64,000 nt of DNA, taken from a virus. The stretch spans positions 5,416 to 69,415 of IMG/VR virus record IMGVR_UViG_3300032163_000011; one strand, written 5' to 3'. The notes beneath the pieces were generated by a model. The model made no database searches, was not told the DNA's origin, and saw only the letters and a program-made list of their open reading frames with translations. Both the position numbers and the translations under genes were made by a program. Shown here in pieces: positions 20,035-29,181 of the stretch (positions are counted from its first letter, which is position 1; the number at the start of each line of letters is the position of its first letter).

Positions 20035-21297
20035 TCAAACCTCCTTCCACCAAAGAGCGCCAGGTCCAGATGACACCCCTTCTAAATCGTCAAAATACTG
20101 ATTTACGGCTTGCTTAACCCCGGGATATTTAGGATCGGTATAGTCATGGCCGCAGATTAAGCGCCGAGTCCTGGGAGCCCAAAGTTGCAAATCCTTCATC
20201 ACCATGTCGTAATCATGGTTCCCGTCGATAAAGACCATATCCACCACGGGCGGCAAGCTGTCAGAAGCCGCCGCCTCGCTGGTCATTCTGCGGGCGTGAA
20301 GGTTGGGGAAATGCCCAACATTCTTTATGAAGTCGTCGTAGGTGTCCTTCCCGGCCAAAGATTCGTCAATGATCTGGCCTTCGTTAAAGGGATCGACAGC
20401 GTAAACCGGACCCTTACAGCCGGATAAGAGGGCATAAGTGCTCCTGCCCTTGTAGCTGCCGATTTCCACGATGGAGTCCATCTTCTGAGCCTTGTCGTAG
20501 AGCCACCGGAGTTCCGGTCGGCTCATCCAGCCTTCGATTGCGTCTGCCTTATCGACGGGACCGGCCATGAGTTCCCTGTAAAATTTGGGCATAAGCTCGT
20601 TGACCCGCCAAGCCACAAGGCGCTGCTGCAGTTCATCGAGCTTCTGGTCCAGCGGCAGCAGATAGTGGTGGAAGAAAAATCCACCGCCTTCCTTATAATT
20701 TGTCGCCAGGACCTTCCGAAGATCGACATACTTCAGGCCGTACTTGGCGATGTTCCGGCTGAGAAGGTAGTCGTCAATGAGGTGGGGGGCGGTAACGACA
20801 CCGCCCACCAGTTCCGCCACCGATGGCTGGATGTTGGCAATCGCTTCAACCGGCGTGAGATCGTCAGGCGGTTTCCAGAGGTCGATGCACAGATCGCTGG
20901 CTATGGCCAGCCAGTTGCCCGAACTGATGTGGCGCCCGTCTCGACGGAAGAACCGGTCGGACCTCCACCTGGCGGGAGCGAAGTCCGACCCGAAGTGAGC
21001 CACGGTGTCCCGGTCCAGGATCGAAGTCAGGTCCGGGGTGTCCGGGTGGACGAGGGCATCGGAGTCGATGTAGATGTTCCAGTCGTTCTCCATCTGCTGG
21101 GCCAGTTCGTAGATTTGCAGCTTCTCAAAGGTCACCGGCCACTCGGGAAACTTCCTCTCGCTGATGACATGGAAATCAGCATCAATCTTGCAGGCGTAGG
21201 CCTTCAAGAGAGGGTAGGTGAGCGCCGTCATCTCAGGCGAGTACCCGTCCACGTTCAGGGTAAAGACGGTCTTCTTGACTCTTTTCTGCCAAGCCAT
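20035..21297 (-). CDS. Fused GT-A glycosyltransferase-like / class I SAM methyltransferase (Methyltransf_24-like)
   Basis: N-terminal EKLQ...IYIDSDALV (DxD); C-terminal IEGWM...IVEIGSYKGRST...VFIDGNHDY...ICGHDY. Confidence 0.8.
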   Translation of the reverse strand: MAWQKRVKKTVFTLNVDGYSPEMTALTYPLLKAYACKIDADFHVISERKFPEWPVTFEKLQIYELAQQMENDWNIYIDSDALVHPDTPDLTSILDRDTVAHFGSDFAPARWRSDRFFRRDGRHISSGNWLAIASDLCIDLWKPPDDLTPVEAIANIQPSVAELVGGVVTAPHLIDDYLLSRNIAKYGLKYVDLRKVLATNYKEGGGFFFHHYLLPLDQKLDELQQRLVAWRVNELMPKFYRELMAGPVDKADAIEGWMSRPELRWLYDKAQKMDSIVEIGSYKGRSTYALLSGCKGPVYAVDPFNEGQIIDESLAGKDTYDDFIKNVGHFPNLHARRMTSEAAASDSLPPVVDMVFIDGNHDYDMVMKDLQLWAPRTRRLICGHDYTDPKYPGVKQAVNQYFDDLEGVSSGPGALWWKEV

Positions 21298-21304
21298 CGG
21301 ATAT

Positions 21305-21469
21305 TCATCCTTTCTGATCGCCGCGCCCCCTATCGAAGATAGGAGGCGGCTTCTCCAGGTCTGCCCCGCACTTGGGGCAATACCTGTCGCCTTGCTTATA
21401 AATCCGAGGGTCGGGCCTGAAAATCAACCCGCACTTCGGATTCGGGCAATGGACGATAAAATCAGTCAT
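21305..21469 (-). CDS. Small zinc-ribbon protein (54 aa)
   Basis: Own translation: MTDFIVHCPNPKCG...YCPKCGADL; below the ORF-track cutoff. Confidence 0.65.
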   Translation of the reverse strand: MTDFIVHCPNPKCGLIFRPDPRIYKQGDRYCPKCGADLEKPPPIFDRGRGDQKG

Positions 21470-21472
21470 AGC

Positions 21473-22066
21473 TTAGACCGTGACCGTATTCTCGCTCAGG
21501 GTCGTCTCTTTGGGTTTGGCCGCGGGCCGGCCACCGGCCTTCCCGTGCTTCCCCTTCTGAGCCGCCTTCTTGTTGGCCGCCATGGTGGAGGGCTTATTGA
21601 TGACCCCCTTGATGTGCGGCGGGGTCTTCTGGCCCGCCTCTGCCGCCACGGCCTCCAGCCTTTTATTCAGGCCAGCCATGGCAATCATCAGAAGCGGGGC
21701 GTTCTGTAAACACTCAACGAGATCATCCGGCTTTTCCACGAAACTGCCATCCTCGAAGCAGGGGTAGCCGTTGCTGTCGAACATGATCTTCGACAGGGGT
21801 TTATCTTCATCCAGGTGGCGGTTCCGAAACCAGTTCAAGGCTCGGTCTCGAATCGGCCTCATGTCGGGGGTGCAGAGGATTTCGTTGATCTCGTCTTCGC
21901 TGCTGAAGGGCAGGCCGGTGATGTTAATGAAGGCCCCGTTGGTCAGGAGGGCGACATGGCCGCCCCGCTGGATCTCCTTGCCGGCCTCGTTCTGCTTGCC
22001 CACCACGACCCAACTCTGCTCCACTTCGAGCAGACCAAAAGCCTTCGTACCGAGAATCTGTCCCAT
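21473..22066 (-). CDS. Hypothetical protein with basic C-terminal tail
   Basis: 197 aa in the late operon. Confidence 0.6.
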   Translation of the reverse strand: MGQILGTKAFGLLEVEQSWVVVGKQNEAGKEIQRGGHVALLTNGAFINITGLPFSSEDEINEILCTPDMRPIRDRALNWFRNRHLDEDKPLSKIMFDSNGYPCFEDGSFVEKPDDLVECLQNAPLLMIAMAGLNKRLEAVAAEAGQKTPPHIKGVINKPSTMAANKKAAQKGKHGKAGGRPAAKPKETTLSENTVTV

Positions 22067-22096
22067 GGTGTAACTTTCCTTTCTTTAATGAGATGT

Positions 22097-22122
22097 CACG
22101 CTCCACCTTGCGATGGAGCGTG
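22097..22122 (-). terminator. Intergenic stem-loop
   Basis: CACGCTCCA-CCTTGCGA-TGGAGCGTG inverted repeat between genes; no U-tract directly after it on the minus strand. Confidence 0.4.
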
Positions 22123-22125
22123 GTT

Positions 22126-22731
22126 TTACTCGCCGATAACCATCAGGTCGAGAGTCGTAGCCCCCGGGGCCACGCTCCCGAGTTCCACCAGTTGCGCCGC
22201 CGCTCCGGTGCCCCCGGTGACGGCGTGGGTATGGTTGGCCAGGGCTTCCATCGTCACGACCTTATTGGCCAAGTTGCCGGTGGGTGCAGCCACATCCACG
22301 ACAAGATTACTGACCACGTTCGCTGCTACCGTGCCGTCGTGTAGATTGGCAGACGGGGCGGCGATGGTCAACGCAGCCGCCGCCACATTCCCCGTGGGGG
22401 TGCCGGCAGAGGCCGCGACAATCCCCACCGCCCCGGCGTCGGCGGCTACCTGGTAAATCCGAATGGTGCCGAACGGGGCCAAGGTACGCACCGTCTTATC
22501 GTATTTATAGACGTACCCGGTCCCAGGGGCGGGGGTGACGAGGATTCGCTTGATCGCTTTTTTGAAGGCCCCCAACTGGCCCATGTTGGGCAGGGGGACG
22601 CCGTAGGTCGGATAGAGCAAGCTGGCGGGCCATGAGATGCTTGGAAAACTCACCAGCGGCATCCCGGGGGGGTTATAGGAATCCCCCGCGGCCAGCGTTA
22701 CGGTGACATTGGCTTGAAGAATGTCAGGCAT
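22126..22731 (-). CDS. Putative capsid decoration / head fibre protein
   Basis: 201 aa, two genes downstream of the capsid gene; GYVYKYDK...TIRIYQ...LVEL motif. Confidence 0.55.
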   Translation of the reverse strand: MPDILQANVTVTLAAGDSYNPPGMPLVSFPSISWPASLLYPTYGVPLPNMGQLGAFKKAIKRILVTPAPGTGYVYKYDKTVRTLAPFGTIRIYQVAADAGAVGIVAASAGTPTGNVAAAALTIAAPSANLHDGTVAANVVSNLVVDVAAPTGNLANKVVTMEALANHTHAVTGGTGAAAQLVELGSVAPGATTLDLMVIGE

Positions 22732-22798
22732 AGTTATTTCTCCCGCAGAGGGGTCCCGGCTTATCCCAGGACCCCTTTTATCTCAGTTGAGCCCGGTG

Positions 22799-23746
22799 TT
22801 AGGCGAAGGCGTCGTTTACCGCGGCCTTCTCCGGGGTCCGGTTGACCAGATAGGGCATAACATCCTCGGACTCGGCCCGGCTGTGCCAGCAGAAGAACGG
22901 CTGGTAGGTGCCCGACACGGAACCGGCGGCCAGACTCAGAACCTCTATGGCCACCTGATCCCCCGGTTCGATGTCGGCGACACCCTTGTCGGACACCCCC
23001 GTATAGGGCGCCACGGCCTTGACCAGTTTGTTGTCCACATCGCAGACATACTCGAAGCCCACCTTGTCCCCATTGGTCAGAGTGATGCTCGCCAGGAGCA
23101 CCTTATAAGCCCAATGCAGATTGCCCACGGTGTGGCTGACAATCGACTGGTCGTGGAGGTTATACTTCGTCAGCATGTCGTTGAGCTTAGCGATGGCCCC
23201 GGCCAGGGTAGTCACCGGGGTAGCGTTGGCCAGTATGAGCGCACCGGATTCACCTTCCTCGGCGATGTGAAAGACCCAAGCAGATTCGAGTTCTGCGTCA
23301 GCTTCATGCGCCGCGTAGGCCGTCTGGAGCAGGTTGACGCCCACCAGGAGCCCCGCCAGGTCCCCTTGGACAACGGCCGCCATAGTCCCCGGGAAGTTCG
23401 TGGTGTCCGGAACTTTGACCGGCCCGTGCATGGTGGCATCGGCGGCGTGAGCCCGCATGGCCACCAGCAGGCTGTTATACATGTCGATGGCGCTGGGCAG
23501 ATCCACGCAGATCAGCCCCCGCGGGTATTTGTAAAGGCCCAACTGGGCATTGGTGGTCAGGCTGACAAACGCCGTGACCGGGTTGAAGCCAAGACGGTCC
23601 ACGCACATCGGCTCCTTGGCGGTCTTGACGGAGAGGGGGAGAACCCCCAGCACGGCACTCAAATTGACTGCCGCAGCCCCGCCCTGGCCCACATCGGAGT
23701 TGGCCCCGTCCACTACTATTCTGTCGTAAGTTCCATATTGACCCAT
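22799..23746 (-). CDS. Putative capsid-associated protein with three His-containing helical repeats
   Basis: Immediately after the capsid gene, RBS GGAGG; repeats NSLLVAMRAH, NLLQTAYAAH, NDMLTKYNLH. Confidence 0.6.
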   Translation of the reverse strand: MGQYGTYDRIVVDGANSDVGQGGAAAVNLSAVLGVLPLSVKTAKEPMCVDRLGFNPVTAFVSLTTNAQLGLYKYPRGLICVDLPSAIDMYNSLLVAMRAHAADATMHGPVKVPDTTNFPGTMAAVVQGDLAGLLVGVNLLQTAYAAHEADAELESAWVFHIAEEGESGALILANATPVTTLAGAIAKLNDMLTKYNLHDQSIVSHTVGNLHWAYKVLLASITLTNGDKVGFEYVCDVDNKLVKAVAPYTGVSDKGVADIEPGDQVAIEVLSLAAGSVSGTYQPFFCWHSRAESEDVMPYLVNRTPEKAAVNDAFA

Positions 23747-23780
23747 GTTCTTTTACCTCCTGAAGATGGCTGACCTCGAC

Positions 23781-24710
23781 TTACAGAGAGTCGAGGCGGA
23801 TGATCTTGGCTTTCCCATCATCCGCTGAATCCCATACAGATCCAATGCCGATGATGCCGTACCAGGCGCAGGCCTGCGAACGCCCGAAGTCCGACTGATA
23901 GTTGGTATCCAGGCGGAGGTGCGGGGTCTCCGCGGTGATTCTCGCCACTGCGTCGTCACCGAAGATCACGGCTTGGCCCAGGTAGGACGAGGCGCCGGCC
24001 ACATTCGAGAAGGCCAGGGCCCGGTTGCATTCGACCCACCGAATCCGCTCGGTCATGCCCATCTCGCCCTTGAAGACGAAATCGCCCTTGGACAGGTACT
24101 TGTGCCATTCCTGCCAGTAGCGGTCCTGCTTCAGGCTCCGGAGGTTCTTGTTGGCCGAAATGCCCACGAAGTTGTCACCCTCGTAGGGCGGGCAATGAAT
24201 GGTGTCCCGCAGATAGTCGGCCAGGATGGTGCAATGGTCGAAGGTCAGGCCCGCGGTGGCGATGGCCCCCGGGGTCCCGTCGGTGGCCCAGGTCCCGCCG
24301 GTGAGGCTGGTGGGGGTGAAAACCAACTTGACCGCGAGGGGGTCCATGAAAGCCGCGGCGCTTTCGGTGTCCAGGGCCTCCTCCATCTGGGTTTTGAGGA
24401 GTTTCTGGAGTTCGTCCTTGATGTTGAATTTTCCCAACCGCAGCATCAGGTTGGTATATTCAACGCCTTCGCCCATCTCCATCACCTTGATGATCCGGTT
24501 GCCGAAGGCCGTTTTCCGGATGGGAATACGGTTGTTCTCCTGCAGCCGCGAAGAGACGGAGTTGGGAAGGCGCTCGATGTGCATGATGTTGACGCCTTCA
24601 CCCGCGTTCGGTTTGAAGTTGATCCCGTGTGCATGGGTAAAGGGCGCTACGATGGTAGCGCCGGCGGCCACCTTCCTCAGATCATTGCTGAGTTGGTGGT
24701 TCTTATAGAT
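23781..24710 (-). CDS. Major capsid protein (N4-gp56-like), exon 2
   Basis: IYKNHQLSNDLRKVAAG...EMGEGVEYT...FKGEMGMTERIRWVE...DFGRSQACAWYGIIG; no ATG or RBS of its own; spliced product 324 aa. Confidence 0.88.
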   Translation of the reverse strand: MYKNHQLSNDLRKVAAGATIVAPFTHAHGINFKPNAGEGVNIMHIERLPNSVSSRLQENNRIPIRKTAFGNRIIKVMEMGEGVEYTNLMLRLGKFNIKDELQKLLKTQMEEALDTESAAAFMDPLAVKLVFTPTSLTGGTWATDGTPGAIATAGLTFDHCTILADYLRDTIHCPPYEGDNFVGISANKNLRSLKQDRYWQEWHKYLSKGDFVFKGEMGMTERIRWVECNRALAFSNVAGASSYLGQAVIFGDDAVARITAETPHLRLDTNYQSDFGRSQACAWYGIIGIGSVWDSADDGKAKIIRLDSL

Positions 24711-25375
24711 CGGCTCATCCCCTATGTCGCCAAAGGGGCCGGACTATACCATGACCTCAAGTTTGCTCAAATCCAATACACTTGAGGCCGCCCTTGGTAG
24801 TCTCTGGAAGCTGAATCGCTTTTGTTTGGCGGCCGTTAATAGTGCCTTGGTTTCATCACGCCGCTGATTAATCAAATCAGCAACTTCCCGGTTCCGGGTA
24901 TGAAAGGCAACTTCATTTAACCGCCAATCCAAATAGTCGAGTAAAATCGTGGCTTGTTCTTTCTTGGTAGTGAAGTAAGGTAACAGGTGGTTGAGTATGC
25001 GTTGAATGCTCCTCATTCCAGTTACCTCCAGACTTAACTGCTCTTTCCATACTTCTTTTGCGAACTTCGCATAATTTATATGGAAGGGGGTATTCCATTG
25101 TACCAAGATGGTGGTAATACGCTGAATCATATATGGACAGGTAACTTTCACGGCCAATTTTAATTGACCCATGCCACGAGCATTATTCCCGTGGATACCA
25201 AAAGAACCCTCTCCATCCATAATGCCAGCAAGCCACGCACGATTTGCGATTTCATCTCTGCTGATTGACCCCACCTCAACATTTTCACTCTTCGGTAGTT
25301 GAGGATACACGGGTGATTCCAGCACATTCAGGCTTTTCATCGTAAAGTCACCTCTACGCGCGGCGTCTATAGTTC
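24711..25375 (-). mobile_element. Group I intron (665 nt) in the major capsid gene
   Basis: Exon 1 ends CGGU, pairing with intron GCCG (P1, U.G). Intron UAUAGA pairs with exon 2 UCUAUA (P10). P AAUGUGCUGGAA, Q AAUCAGCAG, R CAGAGACUAC, S GGUAUAGUCC, terminal G. Splicing restores the frame (AAIG/IYKNH). Confidence 0.9.
24744..25340 (-). CDS. Intron-encoded single-motif LAGLIDADG homing endonuclease
   Basis: AWLAGIMDGEGSF motif; LLPYFTTKKEQA. Confidence 0.9.
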   Translation of the reverse strand: MKSLNVLESPVYPQLPKSENVEVGSISRDEIANRAWLAGIMDGEGSFGIHGNNARGMGQLKLAVKVTCPYMIQRITTILVQWNTPFHINYAKFAKEVWKEQLSLEVTGMRSIQRILNHLLPYFTTKKEQATILLDYLDWRLNEVAFHTRNREVADLINQRRDETKALLTAAKQKRFSFQRLPRAASSVLDLSKLEVMV

Positions 25376-25420
25376 ACCGATTGCGGCATCAAATTCCCAA
25401 GTCATAGCATCGCCAGGCAT
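25376..25420 (-). CDS. Major capsid protein, exon 1 (MPGDAMTWEFDAAIG)
   Basis: RBS GGAGG upstream of ATG 25420; unspliced frame stops 3 codons into the intron. Confidence 0.85.
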
Positions 25421-25439
25421 GGGTTATACCTCCGAGTAA

Positions 25440-26477
25440 TTAAAGTGTTCGTTCCCTTTGAACTGCATCAAAGTCGTCATCCAGGGAACCCGGGGTAGCC
25501 TTCGCTGGCTTTTGGGGCGTTCTGCGCCCCCCGAGTCCCAGGACTGAGTTATTAGTTTGTGTCCGACGAGCCGCCGCCTCCCGCTCTTGTGCTGTCTGAG
25601 CGGTTCTTCCGAGGCGTTTCTGAGTTTCGGCGATCAGCCAATCCGTGGCCTCTTTGGGTTTTCCCCATAACTCCTTGGGAATTTTCTTCTCCAGTTGGTC
25701 AAAGATCAGGTACTCCGCCGTGTCCTCATCTCTCACAGCCAAACCAGCCGCTTCGGCGGCATCAAGGGCCTTATCCCAGGCTTTTTGCTGGGCCGATTTC
25801 TTGTCTTCTTCGGCCCTCGCTGCTTTGCTGGCGGTCTCCTTGGCCTCGATCTTCTGGTCAATGAGTTTGTCCAGTTCGGCTTGGTTAAGGGTGGATGCTC
25901 CGATCCCTGCTTCCATGAGGGCTGCGGCATTGGCCTCGGCCCACGCGTCGGCGACCTGATCGTCATACTCCGGGTCGGTGTCATCCAACTGCTTGATCGC
26001 CGCGACGGCCTTTTTGTTCGCCACTTTCGCGACTTCTTTGAGTTTGGCTTTGCGCTCGTCGTCGGTTAATACCTTGACCTCTTCGGCAGGCTTCTCCGGG
26101 GGCTTTGTGGCGGCCTCAAGTTTTTGCTTGAGTTCGTCACGCTCTCGCTCGATGTCGGCGGCCTTCGTGGTGGCCTCGTGCATCTTGCGCTCGGCTTCGG
26201 CGTGAGCTTTTTCGGCCTCCTCCTGGCTTTTAAACCTTGGTTTTGTTTCGCCAGGCTTCGCCTCGCCCTCACCCTCACCTTCGCCCTTGCCAGCTTCAGC
26301 CTCCCCTTCACCTGGGCCAGCTTCCCCTTCTGCCTCTCCGCCCGTGTCCGCAGGATGACCGGTCAGTAAACGATGACCAAGTTCATCATCCATCGGGGTT
26401 TCTTGGGCCGGGATGACTGCCGGGGCTACCTGGGTATCCAGTTGGGTGTCTTCGCCAGCTAAGTTTTCGCCTGCCAT
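25440..26477 (-). CDS. Capsid scaffolding protein
   Basis: Acidic coiled-coil protein (RFKSQEEAEKAHAEAERKMHE) directly upstream of the capsid gene. Confidence 0.75.
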   Translation of the reverse strand: MAGENLAGEDTQLDTQVAPAVIPAQETPMDDELGHRLLTGHPADTGGEAEGEAGPGEGEAEAGKGEGEGEGEAKPGETKPRFKSQEEAEKAHAEAERKMHEATTKAADIERERDELKQKLEAATKPPEKPAEEVKVLTDDERKAKLKEVAKVANKKAVAAIKQLDDTDPEYDDQVADAWAEANAAALMEAGIGASTLNQAELDKLIDQKIEAKETASKAARAEEDKKSAQQKAWDKALDAAEAAGLAVRDEDTAEYLIFDQLEKKIPKELWGKPKEATDWLIAETQKRLGRTAQTAQEREAAARRTQTNNSVLGLGGRRTPQKPAKATPGSLDDDFDAVQRERTL

Positions 26478-26565
26478 GGTCGTTTCCCTTTCCGTGACGG
26501 TTATCCTTGCGGGCCGCCAGATGTCATATTCTCAACCGTTATCCCTAATGGGGCGGCGTGAGTTC

Positions 26566-26919
26566 TTATTCGATGAAAGCCGATAAGCGTGGCCCCAACT
26601 TCCTACGGGCTACCTTCTCAGCTATGATCGGCTTGAACTCCAGGGTATTTCTGACAGCCATGATCGGGGCTGCCAACGCCTGACAGACCGAATCGGCCTC
26701 CGCCAGTTCCAGGAGTCGGTTGCGGTAACTTTGCAACCACACCTTGAGCATCTGGCTGTTCTGGTGCAATTCGGCGGTAATCTGCCAGGAGTCCATGATG
26801 GTCTTCTCCAGTCTGGAGACGACCTTGGCCCGCTCCTCGTCCACCTTGGGGACCCTGGGCCGGCCTGTGGTCATGTCAATATCGACGCCACTGGAGCCCA
26901 TAGGCTGATCAGCACTCAT
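26566..26919 (-). CDS. Hypothetical protein between portal and scaffold
   Basis: 117 aa, ATGA overlap with portal. Confidence 0.65.
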   Translation of the reverse strand: MSADQPMGSSGVDIDMTTGRPRVPKVDEERAKVVSRLEKTIMDSWQITAELHQNSQMLKVWLQSYRNRLLELAEADSVCQALAAPIMAVRNTLEFKPIIAEKVARRKLGPRLSAFIE

Positions 26920-28922
26920 TGGACCTCTCCTGGGGCCGGTTCCTGCCCAACCGCCCCGGCCTGCGCTGTATAGAGGCCGGCCTGCGCCTCGTTGGCCAAC
27001 CCTTCGCCCCTGGCCTTCTCTGCCAGAGCAGCATCCTTGGCGGCCTTGGCTTCAGCTCCTGCCGCGGTGGCGGCCTCGGTCCCGGCCTGATGGCCGACCT
27101 GCGCTTCCTGCTGCTCCTGCTGGGCGTCGTCGATGGCCTTAGCCCTATTCGGGTCGATGAGAATGCCTTCGTCTTCGAGGTTGAGCCGCTTTTCCAGCGA
27201 CTTCAGCAAGGCGTAGGGTTTGATGTACGGGATGAAAGTGTTGCCCAATTCAAACAGGGGGAGGATCAATTTCGAGATGGCGTTGATAATCTCCTGGTTA
27301 CGCATCAAAGAGGCAACACCGGAGACCTTGAAAGAGCCGGAGGTGAGATGGGGCATCCGCAGGCCGGTGGGCTCATCATTATCCCGGTATTTATTGGCGA
27401 CCTCCTCACCCATCATCATCGCCAGTTCTTTATAGGTGAGGTTGATGGCCACCGTCTCATAGCCGGCCACGATAGCGTTCAGGGCCCCGTCCTCCAGGTT
27501 CTCACCCATGAGGCCCACCACCGTCATGGACTGCTCCAGGTTTTGGGACGACTCCGTGGCGGTCACTTCGGCACGGTAGCCGGGGAGACCCTGGGCGGCA
27601 TAATTGATCATCACGCCTTCCTGGAACCTCTGATCCCCAAAATTCATGTTGGCCAGCACTTCACCGGTATTGGACCGGCGATCCACGGTGCGCACCACCT
27701 GTTGGCCCTGCTGGGTCCCTTGGGTCAGCCATAACTTCCCGGGGTAATCGTCCAGATCGTCTTGGTCCTGCAAAGAAGAGAGGTCAATTTCCGAAGCCGG
27801 GTTGACGATCCAGTTGAGATTATCCACATGCAGGGAGAGCAGGGAGCACATCATGTACCAGAGGCTCTTGATGCCCTGCAGGAGGGACCGGCCATCGAAG
27901 CGAAGTAGGTGCGGCAAAGGGGAAAAGCCGACCCCGGGCCAGCGCAGGGAGGGGTAGGGGCTCACCTTGGGAAGCCGCACCACCCGGTTGCCGACCACGG
28001 TGAAGGTGGAGTTGGGGAGCAATAATTCACCCCGTTTATCCAGAGTCGTGCCCCAGAACTCCGAAGTCAGTACCTTGGTGCGGAATTTGGATTGCTGCCA
28101 GAGCATGTCCTGGCGCCGCTTGATCTCTTCTGGTTCGAGGTCGGGATTGTCCTTCGCACTTCCCCAGGAGCCCCCGGGCCCGCATTGCGGGATGTTGAGC
28201 ATCTGGCCCGACTTCTCCATTTCCTTCAGGTCGTAATAGTCAAGCCATTCCTGGTGAATCCAATACATGCCGCTCTGGGGTGACCGGCTGAGGGCGTCGG
28301 GGTCCCGCTGGATATGCCAGGGGGGCACCAGTATGTATCGCAACCCCTTCCCCGGAATCCATTGCGGGATCATATCCATGGACTGCCCCACCGCGGCCCC
28401 CATCCCCGTGGCGTCGGTGAACTGAATGGGGAAGTTGGAATAACTCCGGGACAACATCAACTCCATGAGTTTCCGGATGAAGTCGGCGTCCTCTTTGTTT
28501 TGCTCGTTTTCGATGCTGAGAAATTTTGGATCGAAGGCTTTCCGCACAATGGCCAAGAAGAATTGGACCGAAGAGTACGGCTTGGGCACCACCACCCGGG
28601 ACTGCCAGGATTCTTTCAGCGTGTAGGACGGGGGCTCTTTCTCGTTGTAGATTTCCCAACACTCCTGCTGCTGCTCCCGGATGGGCTTCATGCTGTCCGT
28701 GGATATATTGACGCAATCGTCCAGGAAGCGAACGAAGTGAGTCTCGTCCTCACCGGCGTAGGCCTGAGCCGCTTCTTCCCGCTCCTTCAACTCTTTCTGG
28801 TCCATGTCCTCATTAGTTTTCGGCTGAGAGGACTTCACCTCAAGCTGATTGCGGGAGGCCTGGACTGCGACGGCCGGGTCTTCTATGGGCGGGTCTTCTA
28901 TGGGCGGTTTGACTCTGGGCAT
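26916..28922 (-). CDS. Portal protein
   Basis: 668 aa; WQSRVVVPK, YPGKLW, TATESSQ motifs; located between TerL and scaffold. Confidence 0.85.
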   Translation of the reverse strand: MPRVKPPIEDPPIEDPAVAVQASRNQLEVKSSQPKTNEDMDQKELKEREEAAQAYAGEDETHFVRFLDDCVNISTDSMKPIREQQQECWEIYNEKEPPSYTLKESWQSRVVVPKPYSSVQFFLAIVRKAFDPKFLSIENEQNKEDADFIRKLMELMLSRSYSNFPIQFTDATGMGAAVGQSMDMIPQWIPGKGLRYILVPPWHIQRDPDALSRSPQSGMYWIHQEWLDYYDLKEMEKSGQMLNIPQCGPGGSWGSAKDNPDLEPEEIKRRQDMLWQQSKFRTKVLTSEFWGTTLDKRGELLLPNSTFTVVGNRVVRLPKVSPYPSLRWPGVGFSPLPHLLRFDGRSLLQGIKSLWYMMCSLLSLHVDNLNWIVNPASEIDLSSLQDQDDLDDYPGKLWLTQGTQQGQQVVRTVDRRSNTGEVLANMNFGDQRFQEGVMINYAAQGLPGYRAEVTATESSQNLEQSMTVVGLMGENLEDGALNAIVAGYETVAINLTYKELAMMMGEEVANKYRDNDEPTGLRMPHLTSGSFKVSGVASLMRNQEIINAISKLILPLFELGNTFIPYIKPYALLKSLEKRLNLEDEGILIDPNRAKAIDDAQQEQQEAQVGHQAGTEAATAAGAEAKAAKDAALAEKARGEGLANEAQAGLYTAQAGAVGQEPAPGEVQ

Positions 28923-28926
28923 TTAT

Positions 28927-29172
28927 TCACCTGGGGAAAGGCATCTTGGTTAATTCGCCGGTCGGGGTGTTCACGACGGGCCCCACCGCTGCCCCCGTGG
29001 TCACTGCTTGGGCCAGGGTGGGTGGCCCGCCTACTGTCCCAGGTGCGGGACCTGCGGGGGCAATCGGAGCAGCCGGAGCGGGGGTAAGCGCATCACGAAC
29101 GGCATTAACAGGGGTTGCCCCGGTTAGCCATCCCGCTGTCTTTTTGGTGGCACCTACTAAATCATCAGCCAT
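28927..29172 (-). CDS. Small Pro/Ala/Gly-rich protein
   Basis: 81 aa, ends NTPTGELTKMPFPR. Confidence 0.55.
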   Translation of the reverse strand: MADDLVGATKKTAGWLTGATPVNAVRDALTPAPAAPIAPAGPAPGTVGGPPTLAQAVTTGAAVGPVVNTPTGELTKMPFPR

Positions 29173-29181
29173 GACAGCCCC

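Noticed and set aside
22721-24785. Long plus-strand ORFs of 350 and 288 aa
   Set aside because: Antisense to GC3-rich structural genes; typical shadow frames
28877-28908. 15-bp tandem duplication at the portal 5' end (PPIEDPPIEDP)
   Set aside because: Simple in-frame duplication in a probably disordered N-terminus; nothing suggests a function
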